Both the position numbers and the translations under genes were made by a program. A stretch of 64,000 nt of DNA, from IMG/VR virus record IMGVR_UViG_3300035101_000015, positions 32,001 through 96,000 of that record; one strand, 5' to 3'. The stretch is from a virus. Lineage: Duplodnaviria > Caudoviricetes. Under the pieces are notes generated by a model, which ran no database searches, had not been told where the DNA came from, and saw nothing but the letters and a program-made list of their open reading frames with translations. Positions 36,556 through 47,100 of this stretch are shown piece after piece (the stretch's first letter is position 1; each line of letters begins with the position of its first letter).

Positions 36556-38363
36556 CCCTGGTCGATTGGCCCCGGCCAGTTCTGCTTGCGGAAGCCGTGG
36601 GCGTCCTCGGTGTCCGGCGCGATGATGTCCGGGCGCGGGTGGTCGAACATCGATGCGAGCCAGCAGTACAAGAACGCGTGGAAGGAGTCGTCCGGCTTGT
36701 CGACGCCGTGCTTGTACTGAATCATCTTCAGGTTCTCGTTGTACTCACTGAAGATGTTGAGCATGTCCTGACCGAAGGGGTCACGGAAGTCCTGCCACCG
36801 TGGGAACTCACACTTGCCACGCTTGATGGCGTTGAAGATGTCGCTCATTACCTCAGTGCGGCTCACTAGGTAGCGCTGCAGCTTCCCATCCCACACCACC
36901 TTGCCTCGAGCAGAGCGAGCCAAGTACTGGAACTTGCGCACGCGCTGAGCGCCGAACGTCTTCACCAACTTGTAGTTGCTGCTAAATCCTCCGCCGTAGT
37001 CGGAGCCAATCCACTTCACGTTGAAGAACCGGATGAGCTCGATGATGCGCTCGATTTGCACGTCGGGGTCCACCTCCTCACCCACGAACCGGTGGGCGAA
37101 GATGACCCGGAACTTCATGTCGATGTACATCCCGAGGAAGATGACGGTGTAGCTGTGCTCTCCTGTGCCCCAGTCGATACCGGCATACACGCCCTGCGCA
37201 TAGCTGAGCTTGCGGTAGTTCTCCATGTCCGCCATCTTCAGCTCGCCCTTGCAGGCGTCTCTCAGTTGGCGGGTGGTGAGTGGACGAAGACCGGAGTCGT
37301 AGGAGAGCCCGAGGCACTCGTTGTAGAACTTCTCTCGGGGGTAGTGCTCGTAGTTGTGGAGGATGTCGTTCTGCCAGTCGACCCACGGCACCATGAGCTG
37401 AGGGATGCGGTAGCTCTCCCAAGGAGCCTCCTTCACCATCCTCATCCACGTCGCGTCTGGGTGCATCGGGTTGATGAGCCGCTTGCACTTCTCACAGATG
37501 AGCCCACGCTTGCCGATGTTCTTCTCACCAAGGACGTTCCAGAACCTACCTGCTTCTCCTCCATGAGCATCACAAGGGACCACCCACTCGTTCTGGGTGC
37601 TCATGTTCGCGCGGTAGTACTCGAGGTGATTGTCCAGACTCTTCGGTGTCCCCGAGTACACCTGGCGCTTCAACGTCTTGGGAGCGTGGCTGAGACACTG
37701 CTCGATGACCGGGACGTTGTCCTGCAGCACATCCTGGAACTCATCGATGGCCAGCATGTAGGCTGGGATGCCGCGCGTGCGGTCAGCATTCAGGTAGGCG
37801 TAGCGCAGCGTAATCTTCGAGCGGTTGATGAACTGCTTCTCGAAGATGTTCTGCGACAGCATCGTCGTGGTGAACCGACGCAGCACGGGGCTGGTCTCGA
37901 TGGGTTCCTTCACACGGTCGTTGCTGAAGGTCTTCGTCTGCGTAGCTGATGGACTGACATACAGAGCCTTGTACGTCGGGATGAGGCTCATGTAGCAGAT
38001 GATGATGTTGCCCAGCAGAGTGCTCTTCTCGACCTGGCGTCCACAGAACAACAGCAGCCGCTTCGCCGGCGTGTTGTAGCAACGCACCATGTGCCGGCGA
38101 CCCTCGAAGCTGAACTTGTCTATCTTGACGCGCTCGTCTTCGTTGCCATCTTCATCGATGAACTTCTCCGCTCGTGGCATCCAGAACGCGTAGGAGGTGA
38201 AGTCCGCTGGAGTCAGAGCGGGTATCTTCTCCTGCTTCTTCCTAGCGTTCTGCAGGACTATGGGGTCTTCGACGAGCTCCGGCTCAGGTATCCAAATGCG
38301 GTCGTCGTACCAAGTATCGTCCCACTCGTCCTCGGGTTCGACGTAGACTGGTTCAGCCGCCAT
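36552..38363 (-). CDS. terL: Terminase large subunit
   Basis: CGRQVEKST (Walker A-like), AIDEFQD (Walker B), SGTPK coupling motif, AGIDWG and DDSFHA nuclease motifs. Confidence 0.9.
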   Translation of the reverse strand: MAAEPVYVEPEDEWDDTWYDDRIWIPEPELVEDPIVLQNARKKQEKIPALTPADFTSYAFWMPRAEKFIDEDGNEDERVKIDKFSFEGRRHMVRCYNTPAKRLLLFCGRQVEKSTLLGNIIICYMSLIPTYKALYVSPSATQTKTFSNDRVKEPIETSPVLRRFTTTMLSQNIFEKQFINRSKITLRYAYLNADRTRGIPAYMLAIDEFQDVLQDNVPVIEQCLSHAPKTLKRQVYSGTPKSLDNHLEYYRANMSTQNEWVVPCDAHGGEAGRFWNVLGEKNIGKRGLICEKCKRLINPMHPDATWMRMVKEAPWESYRIPQLMVPWVDWQNDILHNYEHYPREKFYNECLGLSYDSGLRPLTTRQLRDACKGELKMADMENYRKLSYAQGVYAGIDWGTGEHSYTVIFLGMYIDMKFRVIFAHRFVGEEVDPDVQIERIIELIRFFNVKWIGSDYGGGFSSNYKLVKTFGAQRVRKFQYLARSARGKVVWDGKLQRYLVSRTEVMSDIFNAIKRGKCEFPRWQDFRDPFGQDMLNIFSEYNENLKMIQYKHGVDKPDDSFHAFLYCWLASMFDHPRPDIIAPDTEDAHGFRKQNWPGPIDQG

Positions 38364-38617
38364 GTACCCTCCGAGGTTCACAGACGACCTGGGTCAAGCA
38401 GTTCAATGGCTCGGTGAATCTCTGTTCGCTGCCGTACCAAACCTCAGCGGGCAAGTCGCTTTTGCGGAGGACCCTGATGGTGACTGGATAGCGCTGCAAC
38501 TTGTAGAACCCGTCGCAAAAGAGCTCCGTGAACACTTCAGTGCTTACACTAAGGGGTATCTGAGAGAGTGTGGATGGCACGTCGACCGCTTCCGATTTCG
38601 TGCAGGTCGATTCGAGT

Positions 38618-39115
38618 TCAGGTGTCGCCCAGAGACAACCTACCGTTCAGCGCCGCGTAGAACTGCCCGGCGAGGGTCGCTGGGTCCACCACGTTCCCAA
38701 ACCCCCGAGCCCGAAAGTACCAGCTCACCAGGTCAGGGGTGTACTTTGCCACCAGCCTGCGCTTGTCAGCTTGGAAGAACTCCATGGCGACCGGGCTCAG
38801 CACCTGAGGGAAGTGCTCCAGCCAGTAGGCTTCCCATCTCTTCTGCTGATTGGCATCAGCTTTTCTCAGGTCCCCCGCCGCCTTCGGCAGGAAGAAGTGA
38901 ATGACGAGGTCGCCATCTATGACGGTGAACTCGGCGATGAAGTGTGGGAGCTCCGTGCGCACGAACCTTGGCACGGCCCTCACCACATCCGCTTCCGTTC
39001 CTTCCATGAGCCTGCTCTCCGAACCGAGCATCCCAACCACCTTGTCCTCAGGCACTCCCTGCAACGCCACCGTTCGTTCATCGTTCGACATCTGCTGACT
39101 CCTCTGGGCTGGCAA
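38618..39115 (-). CDS. Hypothetical protein
   Basis: Protein-like ORF in the minus-strand operon. Confidence 0.6.
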   Translation of the reverse strand: MPAQRSQQMSNDERTVALQGVPEDKVVGMLGSESRLMEGTEADVVRAVPRFVRTELPHFIAEFTVIDGDLVIHFFLPKAAGDLRKADANQQKRWEAYWLEHFPQVLSPVAMEFFQADKRRLVAKYTPDLVSWYFRARGFGNVVDPATLAGQFYAALNGRLSLGDT

Positions 39116-40013
39116 TCGGCATCACGTCTACGGTGTGCTCTCCTGAAGTGAGCTCACCGATGTATGGCACGTCCTCCTTGTCCGTCTTCAAGGCAATGGC
39201 CTGCAGCTCAGCCTGCAGGTCCGAGTCTGGACTGCCGATGTCATTCATCATCTCCCCAAGCATCTTGCTGGCGAGTACGTAGTCCCTGGTCTCCGAAGCA
39301 CCGCTGTGTCCGCCCACCTGAGACGAAGTGAATGCCTGCAGCATGGTGGACGCTCTGGTAGCCGTTAGCAGACGTGACAGGTCTAGCTGGTTCGGCATGT
39401 ACCCCATCCGCATCTGGTTGAGGATGGTGCCCATGGTCCTCGTAGGCTGGTCCGCCATCATGCGCCGTGGGTCACGATAGGCTGACTTCTTCATCGCAGC
39501 GCGCATCTGGTCTTCGTACTCATCCGAGTCTGGATGAACGAAGTCCACGCGCAGTCGGAGGATGGCTCGCAGCTCAGTGCTGTCGAGAGTGCTCGTGTTG
39601 AAGAAAAAGAACTTGTAGCGTCCTACAGCCTCCACATCACAACCGTGCCCTAGTGCCTTCATCCGATGAGAGATGAGAGCGAGAGGGTCATCCGTGATGA
39701 GCATCGCCTCCATGTCCTCCTTGGCCCTGGGGTCCTCGAGAATCTCCAGGGCCTGCCGCACCGGCTTGTTGGGGTGGAAGAGGTAGTGGATGCAGTGCTT
39801 CGCCAAGAAGCGGCTGGACGCGGAGTGCAATAGGTCGTGGGGCCGGAAGTTCTTTGGCAGCTTTAGGCCACGCCGCAGGCGGTCCAGGTAGGAGGGGCTG
39901 AGAAAATCGAGCTGCTTGAGCCGCAGCAGGTCTATGACGTCATCATTGCTGTAGTTGTCCGGGTGTACCAGTAGGTACTTGATGTACACCTCGCACGGGC
40001 TGCGGCGAATCAT
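39078..40013 (-). CDS. Hypothetical protein
   Basis: 311 aa; GGAGG RBS. Confidence 0.65.
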   Translation of the reverse strand: MIRRSPCEVYIKYLLVHPDNYSNDDVIDLLRLKQLDFLSPSYLDRLRRGLKLPKNFRPHDLLHSASSRFLAKHCIHYLFHPNKPVRQALEILEDPRAKEDMEAMLITDDPLALISHRMKALGHGCDVEAVGRYKFFFFNTSTLDSTELRAILRLRVDFVHPDSDEYEDQMRAAMKKSAYRDPRRMMADQPTRTMGTILNQMRMGYMPNQLDLSRLLTATRASTMLQAFTSSQVGGHSGASETRDYVLASKMLGEMMNDIGSPDSDLQAELQAIALKTDKEDVPYIGELTSGEHTVDVMPIASPEESADVER

Positions 40014-40060
40014 CCCCTCCGAAGATGTACCAGACGGAGAGAATGCTCAAGTAGTTCGTG

Positions 40061-42244
40061 CTACTGACCCTGGAATGCCAGAACCTTGAGCCCCTCGAGG
40101 ACCTCTTCAACCGTGCGCACTGCGCGCTCGAGCGCCGTGGTCGGCAGGTCCATGCCAACGCGGGCAGCCAGCAACAAATCGCAGAGTTTCTGCTGTGCTT
40201 CCTCAATGGAGGGCATGTAGCTCACGAAGCTCATGATGTTCTCGGGGTTGATGAACCCGAGGCTCAGGACCGTGTCGACAGCGGTGGGGTCGGGAATGAC
40301 CGCCGCCTCCTTCGTGAGGTCGCGACGTAGGCGCCCAGCGATGACCACGAGCTCCTGAGCCCGAGCGCGGGCCAACTTGTCCTGCTCCTCAGCCAGCCGG
40401 ATGGGTCGACCCGTCACCACTTTCACAGGCTCGTTCAGGGAGTGAGCCAGCTTCTGGACCCCGTGGGCCTGCTCCACCCCGAGTGCCGCCAGGAGGAACA
40501 TCGCCTGGTCCAGGTCCACCATCTGGGTCTCCGCGCTGGCGAGCTTGGACACGGCCGGGCCGGCGAAGCTGAAGCAGTCCTCGGCGCCTCGCACCCAGAC
40601 GTGGCTCTCCTTCTGCTCCTCGCCCTCCTCAGGCTCGTTGCTCTCCATACCCTCGGGGACACCCTCCGGGGCGGACTCGTGCCAGTCCTCGGGGGCCTCG
40701 CCCTGAGGCTCCTCGGAGCCAACCAGGGCCACGGCATCCGCAGCGCCCAGCGGAGTCCACTGCCAGTGCTGGGGAATCAGCACCTTGCCCTCGGGTGACT
40801 GAAGCACCGTCTGGATGTTGGGCTGGATGCTCACCTCCACGGGCCGGCCGTCGAAGGTGTTGCCCATCAGGGTAGGAGGCTCACCCGGCGAGGCATAGGA
40901 ACCACCCTGCAGCTCGAGCGGAATGGTGGCCTGCAGCTCACCCTCATCGGTGTAGCTGAAGAAGGCACCAGAACCACCAGGCTCCCCTGTAGGAAGGTTG
41001 CCGCCGTCGCCGGCAGGCACGCCCATGATGTCCGGCTGCATCGCCGAGTGAGAGCCATTCGTGAACATCGCCAGAGGGAGGGGAGTGCCATCGACATCGA
41101 GCAGGTTCGGGATGACGAAGCCGATGAGCTCCTTCCCACTCTGTTCGTCGGTCACCTTGTATAGGCCCGCCTCGTTGATGACCTCAGGCTGCTCCTGGTC
41201 GAGAGCACCCTCATCAGGCTGGGCAGTGGCGCCCTCGGTCATGGTGACCTGGCCAGACTCATCCGCTGCCAGCGCCACCTTCTCACCGAAGTGCTGCACC
41301 ACATCCCGGCGGCTCACAGGTACGGTGGTCGGCCTCCAATACAGGACGCTGGCCGTCTTCATGAGGTAGCCGTCAGGCTGCTTGATGAGCTGGACCACCG
41401 TCGGCTTGATGTTGGAGGCCAGTGCAGAGGCGCGCTTCTCCTGACTCACCGGCTCGTACTTGGCAAGGATTCCCAGCGGTCCAACCGTAGCGCTGTTGTT
41501 GTGCTGGTAGGCTGCCTGCAGGCTCTCATCCGAGCCCAGCTTCTCGAAGAACGAGTCCACGTCGGATTCGTTGAAGGTAGTGATGAGAGCAGCAGTGAGA
41601 GAGGCAGTCCTGTGGAAGGCGACCTTGGCAGAGGCAGTCTTCTCCTTCGTGGTGGGCGGCTTTCGGAAGCCGGCATCCTTCTCTTCTAGCTCCTTGATGA
41701 GGTACTCCTCGAGCACCGAGCTCTGCTTGCCCATGCCAGCATTCATCGCCACGCCACCACCACCGAAGCCGTAGTTCTGACGGTACGGTGGGTAGAGCTG
41801 CGAAATCATGGACTGGTCACCAGGCGTCTGTGAGGTGACGTCGAACGCCTGAGGACGGAACAGCGCCTGACGCAGGCGCGCCTCGGTCAGCGGGAGCACC
41901 TTGCCCGTGTCGTTCACGAGCAGGTCGAACGGAGCCAGCTTGCGCTCGCGGATGATGACGGGGATGCGGACGGCACGAATGCCGGCTGCCTCCATCATGT
42001 CCGGGCTGGTCCCCATCTGAGCTTCGCTCTTGCTCGAGATTTCGACCTGCCCCATCCCGTAGCCGCGCTCGCTGTCCACACGCTCCATCGTCACGTGAGG
42101 CTCGAAGTCGGCGATGTACGGGACCTGCTTGTACAGCTCCTGCAGGATTTCCTGCGGCCACTGGTTCGGGTCCTCGGGAAGGTCGACTTCACCGGCGGTC
42201 TTCTCGAGCGCGACTTCAGGCTGGATGAACAGAGGCTGCGTCAT
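40061..42244 (-). CDS. Large virion-region protein with K-x-[A/S] motifs
   Basis: EKTAG, EKTAS, EKRAS, MKTAS, SKLAS, TKEAA; C-terminal TVLSLGFINPENI. Confidence 0.6.
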   Translation of the reverse strand: MTQPLFIQPEVALEKTAGEVDLPEDPNQWPQEILQELYKQVPYIADFEPHVTMERVDSERGYGMGQVEISSKSEAQMGTSPDMMEAAGIRAVRIPVIIRERKLAPFDLLVNDTGKVLPLTEARLRQALFRPQAFDVTSQTPGDQSMISQLYPPYRQNYGFGGGGVAMNAGMGKQSSVLEEYLIKELEEKDAGFRKPPTTKEKTASAKVAFHRTASLTAALITTFNESDVDSFFEKLGSDESLQAAYQHNNSATVGPLGILAKYEPVSQEKRASALASNIKPTVVQLIKQPDGYLMKTASVLYWRPTTVPVSRRDVVQHFGEKVALAADESGQVTMTEGATAQPDEGALDQEQPEVINEAGLYKVTDEQSGKELIGFVIPNLLDVDGTPLPLAMFTNGSHSAMQPDIMGVPAGDGGNLPTGEPGGSGAFFSYTDEGELQATIPLELQGGSYASPGEPPTLMGNTFDGRPVEVSIQPNIQTVLQSPEGKVLIPQHWQWTPLGAADAVALVGSEEPQGEAPEDWHESAPEGVPEGMESNEPEEGEEQKESHVWVRGAEDCFSFAGPAVSKLASAETQMVDLDQAMFLLAALGVEQAHGVQKLAHSLNEPVKVVTGRPIRLAEEQDKLARARAQELVVIAGRLRRDLTKEAAVIPDPTAVDTVLSLGFINPENIMSFVSYMPSIEEAQQKLCDLLLAARVGMDLPTTALERAVRTVEEVLEGLKVLAFQGQ

Positions 42245-42252
42245 GTCTTTCC

Positions 42253-42924
42253 TCACGGCGGTACGCTGATTATGGCATCGAAGCTGGCTTTAGCAGAAGG
42301 TGTGGGCCCGAAGATGAGGACCCCGAAGACGTCGGGCTGGCTGAAGGGTAGTGGAGGCACCCCAGTATCCACTGGTGACTGTAGCTGTGGAGCCTGGGCC
42401 GCCAGCCATGCGGAGACTGCTCCCACCGTAGTTCCAGAGAAGGAAATGATGTAGAACGGCCCCACGCCGAGCGCAGCGGTGAGTGAGGCAGCAGCTTGAA
42501 TCGCCGGAATCTTGATGGCCAGCGCAGCCTTGATGAGCAACTGCAGCCCACCAAGTTGTACTTGTAGCGTCGCAGCCAATGCCGCCGTGGCAGCGAGCTC
42601 GGCACCGAGACTGAGCTGAATGGGTGGAAGCCCGAGTGACAGAGCACCAGCCAGTGCAACCTGCAGTTGAGCCAGTGCAGCAATGGATGCCTTGAGTGCA
42701 CCGATGATGCCGATGTCGCCGATGGAGATACTCAGTGACAGGCTAGCTTGTGCTGCCAGCGCAGCGTTGAACTGTGCTGCCAGCGCAACCTGGAATGGAC
42801 CGAGGCCGAGAGCGAGCAGCGCGTCTATCTGAGCACCCAGTGGGTTCAACAGAGCGACGGCTGCAGCCGCACCGACGTTGAAGTCGATGAGATTGATAGC
42901 GCGGTAGGCGTCGGGTAGAGCCAT
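42253..42924 (-). CDS. Very hydrophobic Ala/Leu/Ile-rich protein next to the spike gene
   Basis: Almost uncharged helical sequence over about 150 aa. Confidence 0.55.
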   Translation of the reverse strand: MALPDAYRAINLIDFNVGAAAAVALLNPLGAQIDALLALGLGPFQVALAAQFNAALAAQASLSLSISIGDIGIIGALKASIAALAQLQVALAGALSLGLPPIQLSLGAELAATAALAATLQVQLGGLQLLIKAALAIKIPAIQAAASLTAALGVGPFYIISFSGTTVGAVSAWLAAQAPQLQSPVDTGVPPLPFSQPDVFGVLIFGPTPSAKASFDAIISVPP

Positions 42925-42927
42925 GAA

Positions 42928-44190
42928 TCAGACGAGGATGGTGGGGTTACCTGTAGAGATGACCCCTTCGAGGAACTGACCGGAGAGGATGGTACCTGGT
43001 CCCTGCGGTGTGGTGATGGCAATTGGAATCGTGATGGCCACGCGTACCGTCGAGCCTACCGATGCCACCGGCTTTCCGCCACCATTGAGCACCAGGCCAC
43101 CTCCGGCCGTGCCCAGCTCCGCACCACTCTTGCCGATGAGCTTCACCGAGCCCTCGGCTTCGACGGACACGTTCTTCTTGCAGAAGATTTCGATGTTGTC
43201 GTCCACGGTGAGCCGGAGCTTCTTCTTCACCCGCAGGTTCACTGAGCCTTCCCAGCGCCCCATCATGTTGCCTGCACGGTCTACGAAGATGCGCAGCTTC
43301 ACATCCTCAGCGTCTGCCTTGAATTCACCCGCATCCGTCTCAAACCCGTTGCGGGCCAGCACCATCTCGAAGACTGTGTCCTCGTCAGTCCCAATCTCGA
43401 GCTGGTTGTTGTTTGAATCCTCACCAGCATCACCAGTGGGCTCCGGTACTGGAGAACGTACTCGACCCATGGCGAAACGCATGTCTGCATACTCATCGTT
43501 GGCGAACACGCGCACGGTGTGACGCCATTCCGTATCCGGGTCGTCGTTACCCCGGTCCTGCACACCCCAGTTGATGGAGCCGCCCGAGTTGAAGTGGTTG
43601 TACTTCTGGCTGATGTCGGTGACGAGGTTCTGCAGCGGGATGCAAATCCGTTGTGCGAGTGGGGTCGCGCCAAATTGGGCCACTCCTCCACGATGCAAAA
43701 TCATGAAGTTCCCATCTCTCGTTCGGGCTACGATGTCGCCCGGCTTCCCACGAGTCCTGCCACCTGCGTACGTGTAGTCGCTGGTACTCTCCGTATTGCC
43801 CGCCGCATCCGGTGAGGTTCCCGCAGGGGCCTCCTCGCTTGAGGTATCGGGAATCGTCACCATAGGCATGATGAAGGCCAGGACAAACGGCGGCGGCCCG
43901 TCCGAAGGAATGCAGATGAGACACTTCGCTCCTACCTCCGGTACAACGTAGAGACCCTCACCCTGGTTGGCGTTCATGTAGGGACTCGCAACCTGCAGGT
44001 CGAGCATGACCTTCTGGTCGAAGATGGTGGCGACGTCCACCGTCCAGTTGGTCATGTTGACGTTGAAGATACGCGCCTCGTGAACGTAGGCGGCGACTGC
44101 ACCCTCAGGCTGAGTCCACGATGAACGAGCGAAGCTACTCCACGCCAGTGGGTTGAAGTAGTCGGTGTACATGCCCTTGAGTGCGGGCAT
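42928..44190 (-). CDS. Baseplate central spike / hub (gp5/gpV-like)
   Basis: N-terminal OB-like VVPEVGAKCLI, beta-helix-like C-terminus ending KPVASVG...GVISTGNPTILV. Confidence 0.7.
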   Translation of the reverse strand: MPALKGMYTDYFNPLAWSSFARSSWTQPEGAVAAYVHEARIFNVNMTNWTVDVATIFDQKVMLDLQVASPYMNANQGEGLYVVPEVGAKCLICIPSDGPPPFVLAFIMPMVTIPDTSSEEAPAGTSPDAAGNTESTSDYTYAGGRTRGKPGDIVARTRDGNFMILHRGGVAQFGATPLAQRICIPLQNLVTDISQKYNHFNSGGSINWGVQDRGNDDPDTEWRHTVRVFANDEYADMRFAMGRVRSPVPEPTGDAGEDSNNNQLEIGTDEDTVFEMVLARNGFETDAGEFKADAEDVKLRIFVDRAGNMMGRWEGSVNLRVKKKLRLTVDDNIEIFCKKNVSVEAEGSVKLIGKSGAELGTAGGGLVLNGGGKPVASVGSTVRVAITIPIAITTPQGPGTILSGQFLEGVISTGNPTILV

Positions 44191-47100
44191 CTAGTACCCC
44201 CACTCGGGCAGACCCTTCAGATGAGGCGCCTTGAAGTGGTGGCGCTTCTTCGTCATGCCGAACTCCGCACCGTAGGCCGCACCCGGAATGGGATGCAATC
44301 CATGAAGGTCGCTCGCCGAGCCCTCTGCCGCAGCGTCGGTCAGGGTCTTGGTCAGCCGGTTGTAGTTCAGCTTGGCCATCCAGTCTTCTTGCATCGCCCG
44401 GGGCATCACATCAATACCCTTCATGATGGGAGCGTGGGTGATGGGCTTCTTGCCGGATTTCACGAGCTGGGAGTTCACCGCTCGGACCTTCGAGGTGGGC
44501 TGGTACTCACCCTTCAGGATACCGGACGCACCTCCTGGAGAGCGTACACGTGTGAGGTTGCTCATCCCCTTCACCACCGTCTCGATGTGCTGGCGGCGCA
44601 CGCCCTCGTTCTTGAAGATGCCATGGAGCTCGTCCGTCAGGTAGTTCTGCACGCGCTCCATGTTGTTGGTGGCCTTGTACAAGTCGTGTGGGTTCACGAA
44701 GGTACGGGCGGGGTCACTGAGCTGCTGACCAGCCTCGACCTTCATACCCACCTTCGGCGGAGTCCAACCAGGCGCCTGCATGTTAGGTAGTGAGGTATGA
44801 AGTGACCTACCAGTTCGGTCCTTTGGAACGAAGTGCTTCATCCCATCGATGAAGATGTTGGTACCAGTACGACCCGTCTCCACCTTGTCGACGGTACCAG
44901 ATTTCATGGCTAGAGAGGCAGAGTCCGGGATGCGCTTCGGCAGCAGCGTGAGCTGCTTGGTGCGGTCGAACATGCCGAGCGTTCCACCACCCTCTGCTTT
45001 CACACCACCTGAATGGAATGCCTTCAGCGCGAGCTGCACCGAGCGCTCACCGAGAGACTGCGCTCCGAGCACGCCGACGTTGGTGCCCTTGTCGTAGTAC
45101 TGACCTGTAGGACTGAGCCCAGCGCACTTCTGGCAGAGACCCTCTCCATGCTCACACTTCAGGGTCGAGCGCACGACAGCCTGCGCGTTCTTGTCGAGCC
45201 GGCGAATCTGACCGACCACGTCTGGGGACATGATGGTCCCCTTCTTGAAAGTGCGACCACGCACCTTCAAGTCCGTCGCGAGCTCGCGGTCGTGCACGTC
45301 CTTGCTGCCTATAGGCAGGCCAACACCACGCTGGGTACCACAATCGTCACCATTCACCACCATGTTCATCGTGGTGTTGATGAGCTGCTTGGAGAAGTAC
45401 CCCGGGTCCTGAACCTCCTGCACCTTCTGGATGGAGCCCTTGCGGGCACCGCTGGACTGGGTCCAGTACCCCGCCACGTCGAGTCCTTCGGAGTAGGACT
45501 TCGTCACCGGCATCGGTATGGTTCGCCCAGCAGCATCCTCGAGGAGCATCGGTGCCAGCTTGAGCTGCTGGTACTGTGACCACTTCGGCTTGATGCCAGC
45601 ATCGTGCATCCTGAAGAGGTTGTCCGGGTTCTTGGTGGCACCAGACAGGTGCTTCTGCTGCATCTGAGTGGTGGCCTTACCCCACTCGGCAATGGCACGC
45701 TGCTCCTTCTGAGCCTTGGTCAACCCAGAGTTGTTTATCATGTCCACACGCCGCTGCGTGGCTCGGATGATGGGGTCTCGAACCTTCCTGTCAGGTGTCA
45801 GGTCATCGAGGCTGAGCGAGTGGGTACCGACGGGAAGGGTTTGAACCTTCTTGGGATTCTCCGCTGCGTCGATTGCACCAGGACCCACATGCTTGCCTGG
45901 GTGCTTCAACCGAATCTGTCCATAGGAGGCATCGAAGCCAAAGTCCTTGAGCTTGTTGGCTGCATCCCCAAACTCCTGAGGGTGCTTCCTTGCCAGCTCA
46001 CCGTACAGCTCATCGATACCCCTGCCGTTGAGCTGGAACTTGTGGTCTGTCAACACGCGCTGCTGCATCGGCTTGGGCAGCGCGGTCGACAGCAGAGCTC
46101 GACCCGGTGTCGTCTTGCCTAGCCCCTTGATTTGCGCCAGCTCATCGATGCCGAGCTTGCCCGACTGCACAGCCTTCAGTGCATCAGCGGGGCTGCCGAA
46201 CCTTCGGTTACCGGTACCACGCACCTGAGTCATCTTGTAGAGACCGAGCGCGCTCTCGAGCGTGGGGGTGTACGCCACGCGCCCAGTCGCCTCATTGAAG
46301 AGGTTCCTGGAAGGCATCATGCCGCGAGCCTCTTCGACTGCCTCGTCGCTTATCGGCACGTACATGCTCATCTGGTCGCCATCGAAGTCGGCGTTGTACC
46401 CAGAGACGGTGAGCGGATGAATCTTGATGGCCTTGCCCTTCACCCGATGAGCCTTGAACGCCTGGATGCTGTGCTTGTGCAAAGCTGGGTCGCGCTTCAT
46501 GAGCAGCGGCCGTTCCTCCATCACCATGTCGAGCGCACGCTGGACGTTCTTGTCTCGATGCACACCCTTCTTCGTCAGCATCTCCTGCGCCTCGAGGGCG
46601 CTGGGCGCAACGCCGAGCTCGGTCATCTTCTTGACCACGAACGGTCGGAACAATTTCAGCGCCTTCTCCTGAGGGACGCCCACGTCATCCAACCCCATGC
46701 CCGGCTCTGGCACGATGGTCGAGCGCATGCTCATGTCCTGACGTCGACTGAGCAGCGTCTTCTGGAAGTAACCTTCCTTAGGTGACGCGCCGGAGATGAG
46801 CTCCATGACGCCCTTGGCCTTCTTGGTACCCTTCTCCGAGCTGGACTGCCCGACACCAACCAGGGCCTTCAGGCCATCGTACATCTCTCGGCGGTGCTCC
46901 TTCAGGTCGGCATCCCCGATACCGAGGTGTGCCTTACCCTTGAGCTCTTTGAGCTGACCGTTGTTCTGAGCGAAGTTGGAGTAGAGACCGTTGAGGTCCT
47001 CCCAGCGCACGTTGCCATCCTTCATGATGCTCGGTGGGCGCATGGCAGGAGGAAGCACGGGGAGGTTCTTGACGGTGTACGCGTCGTCGGGACTGACCCC

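Noticed and set aside
38362-38904. Plus-strand ORF starting at the same CATG as terL
   Set aside because: Only the first ~95 aa look protein-like, the rest overlaps a minus-strand gene, and no RBS is evident; left uncalled.
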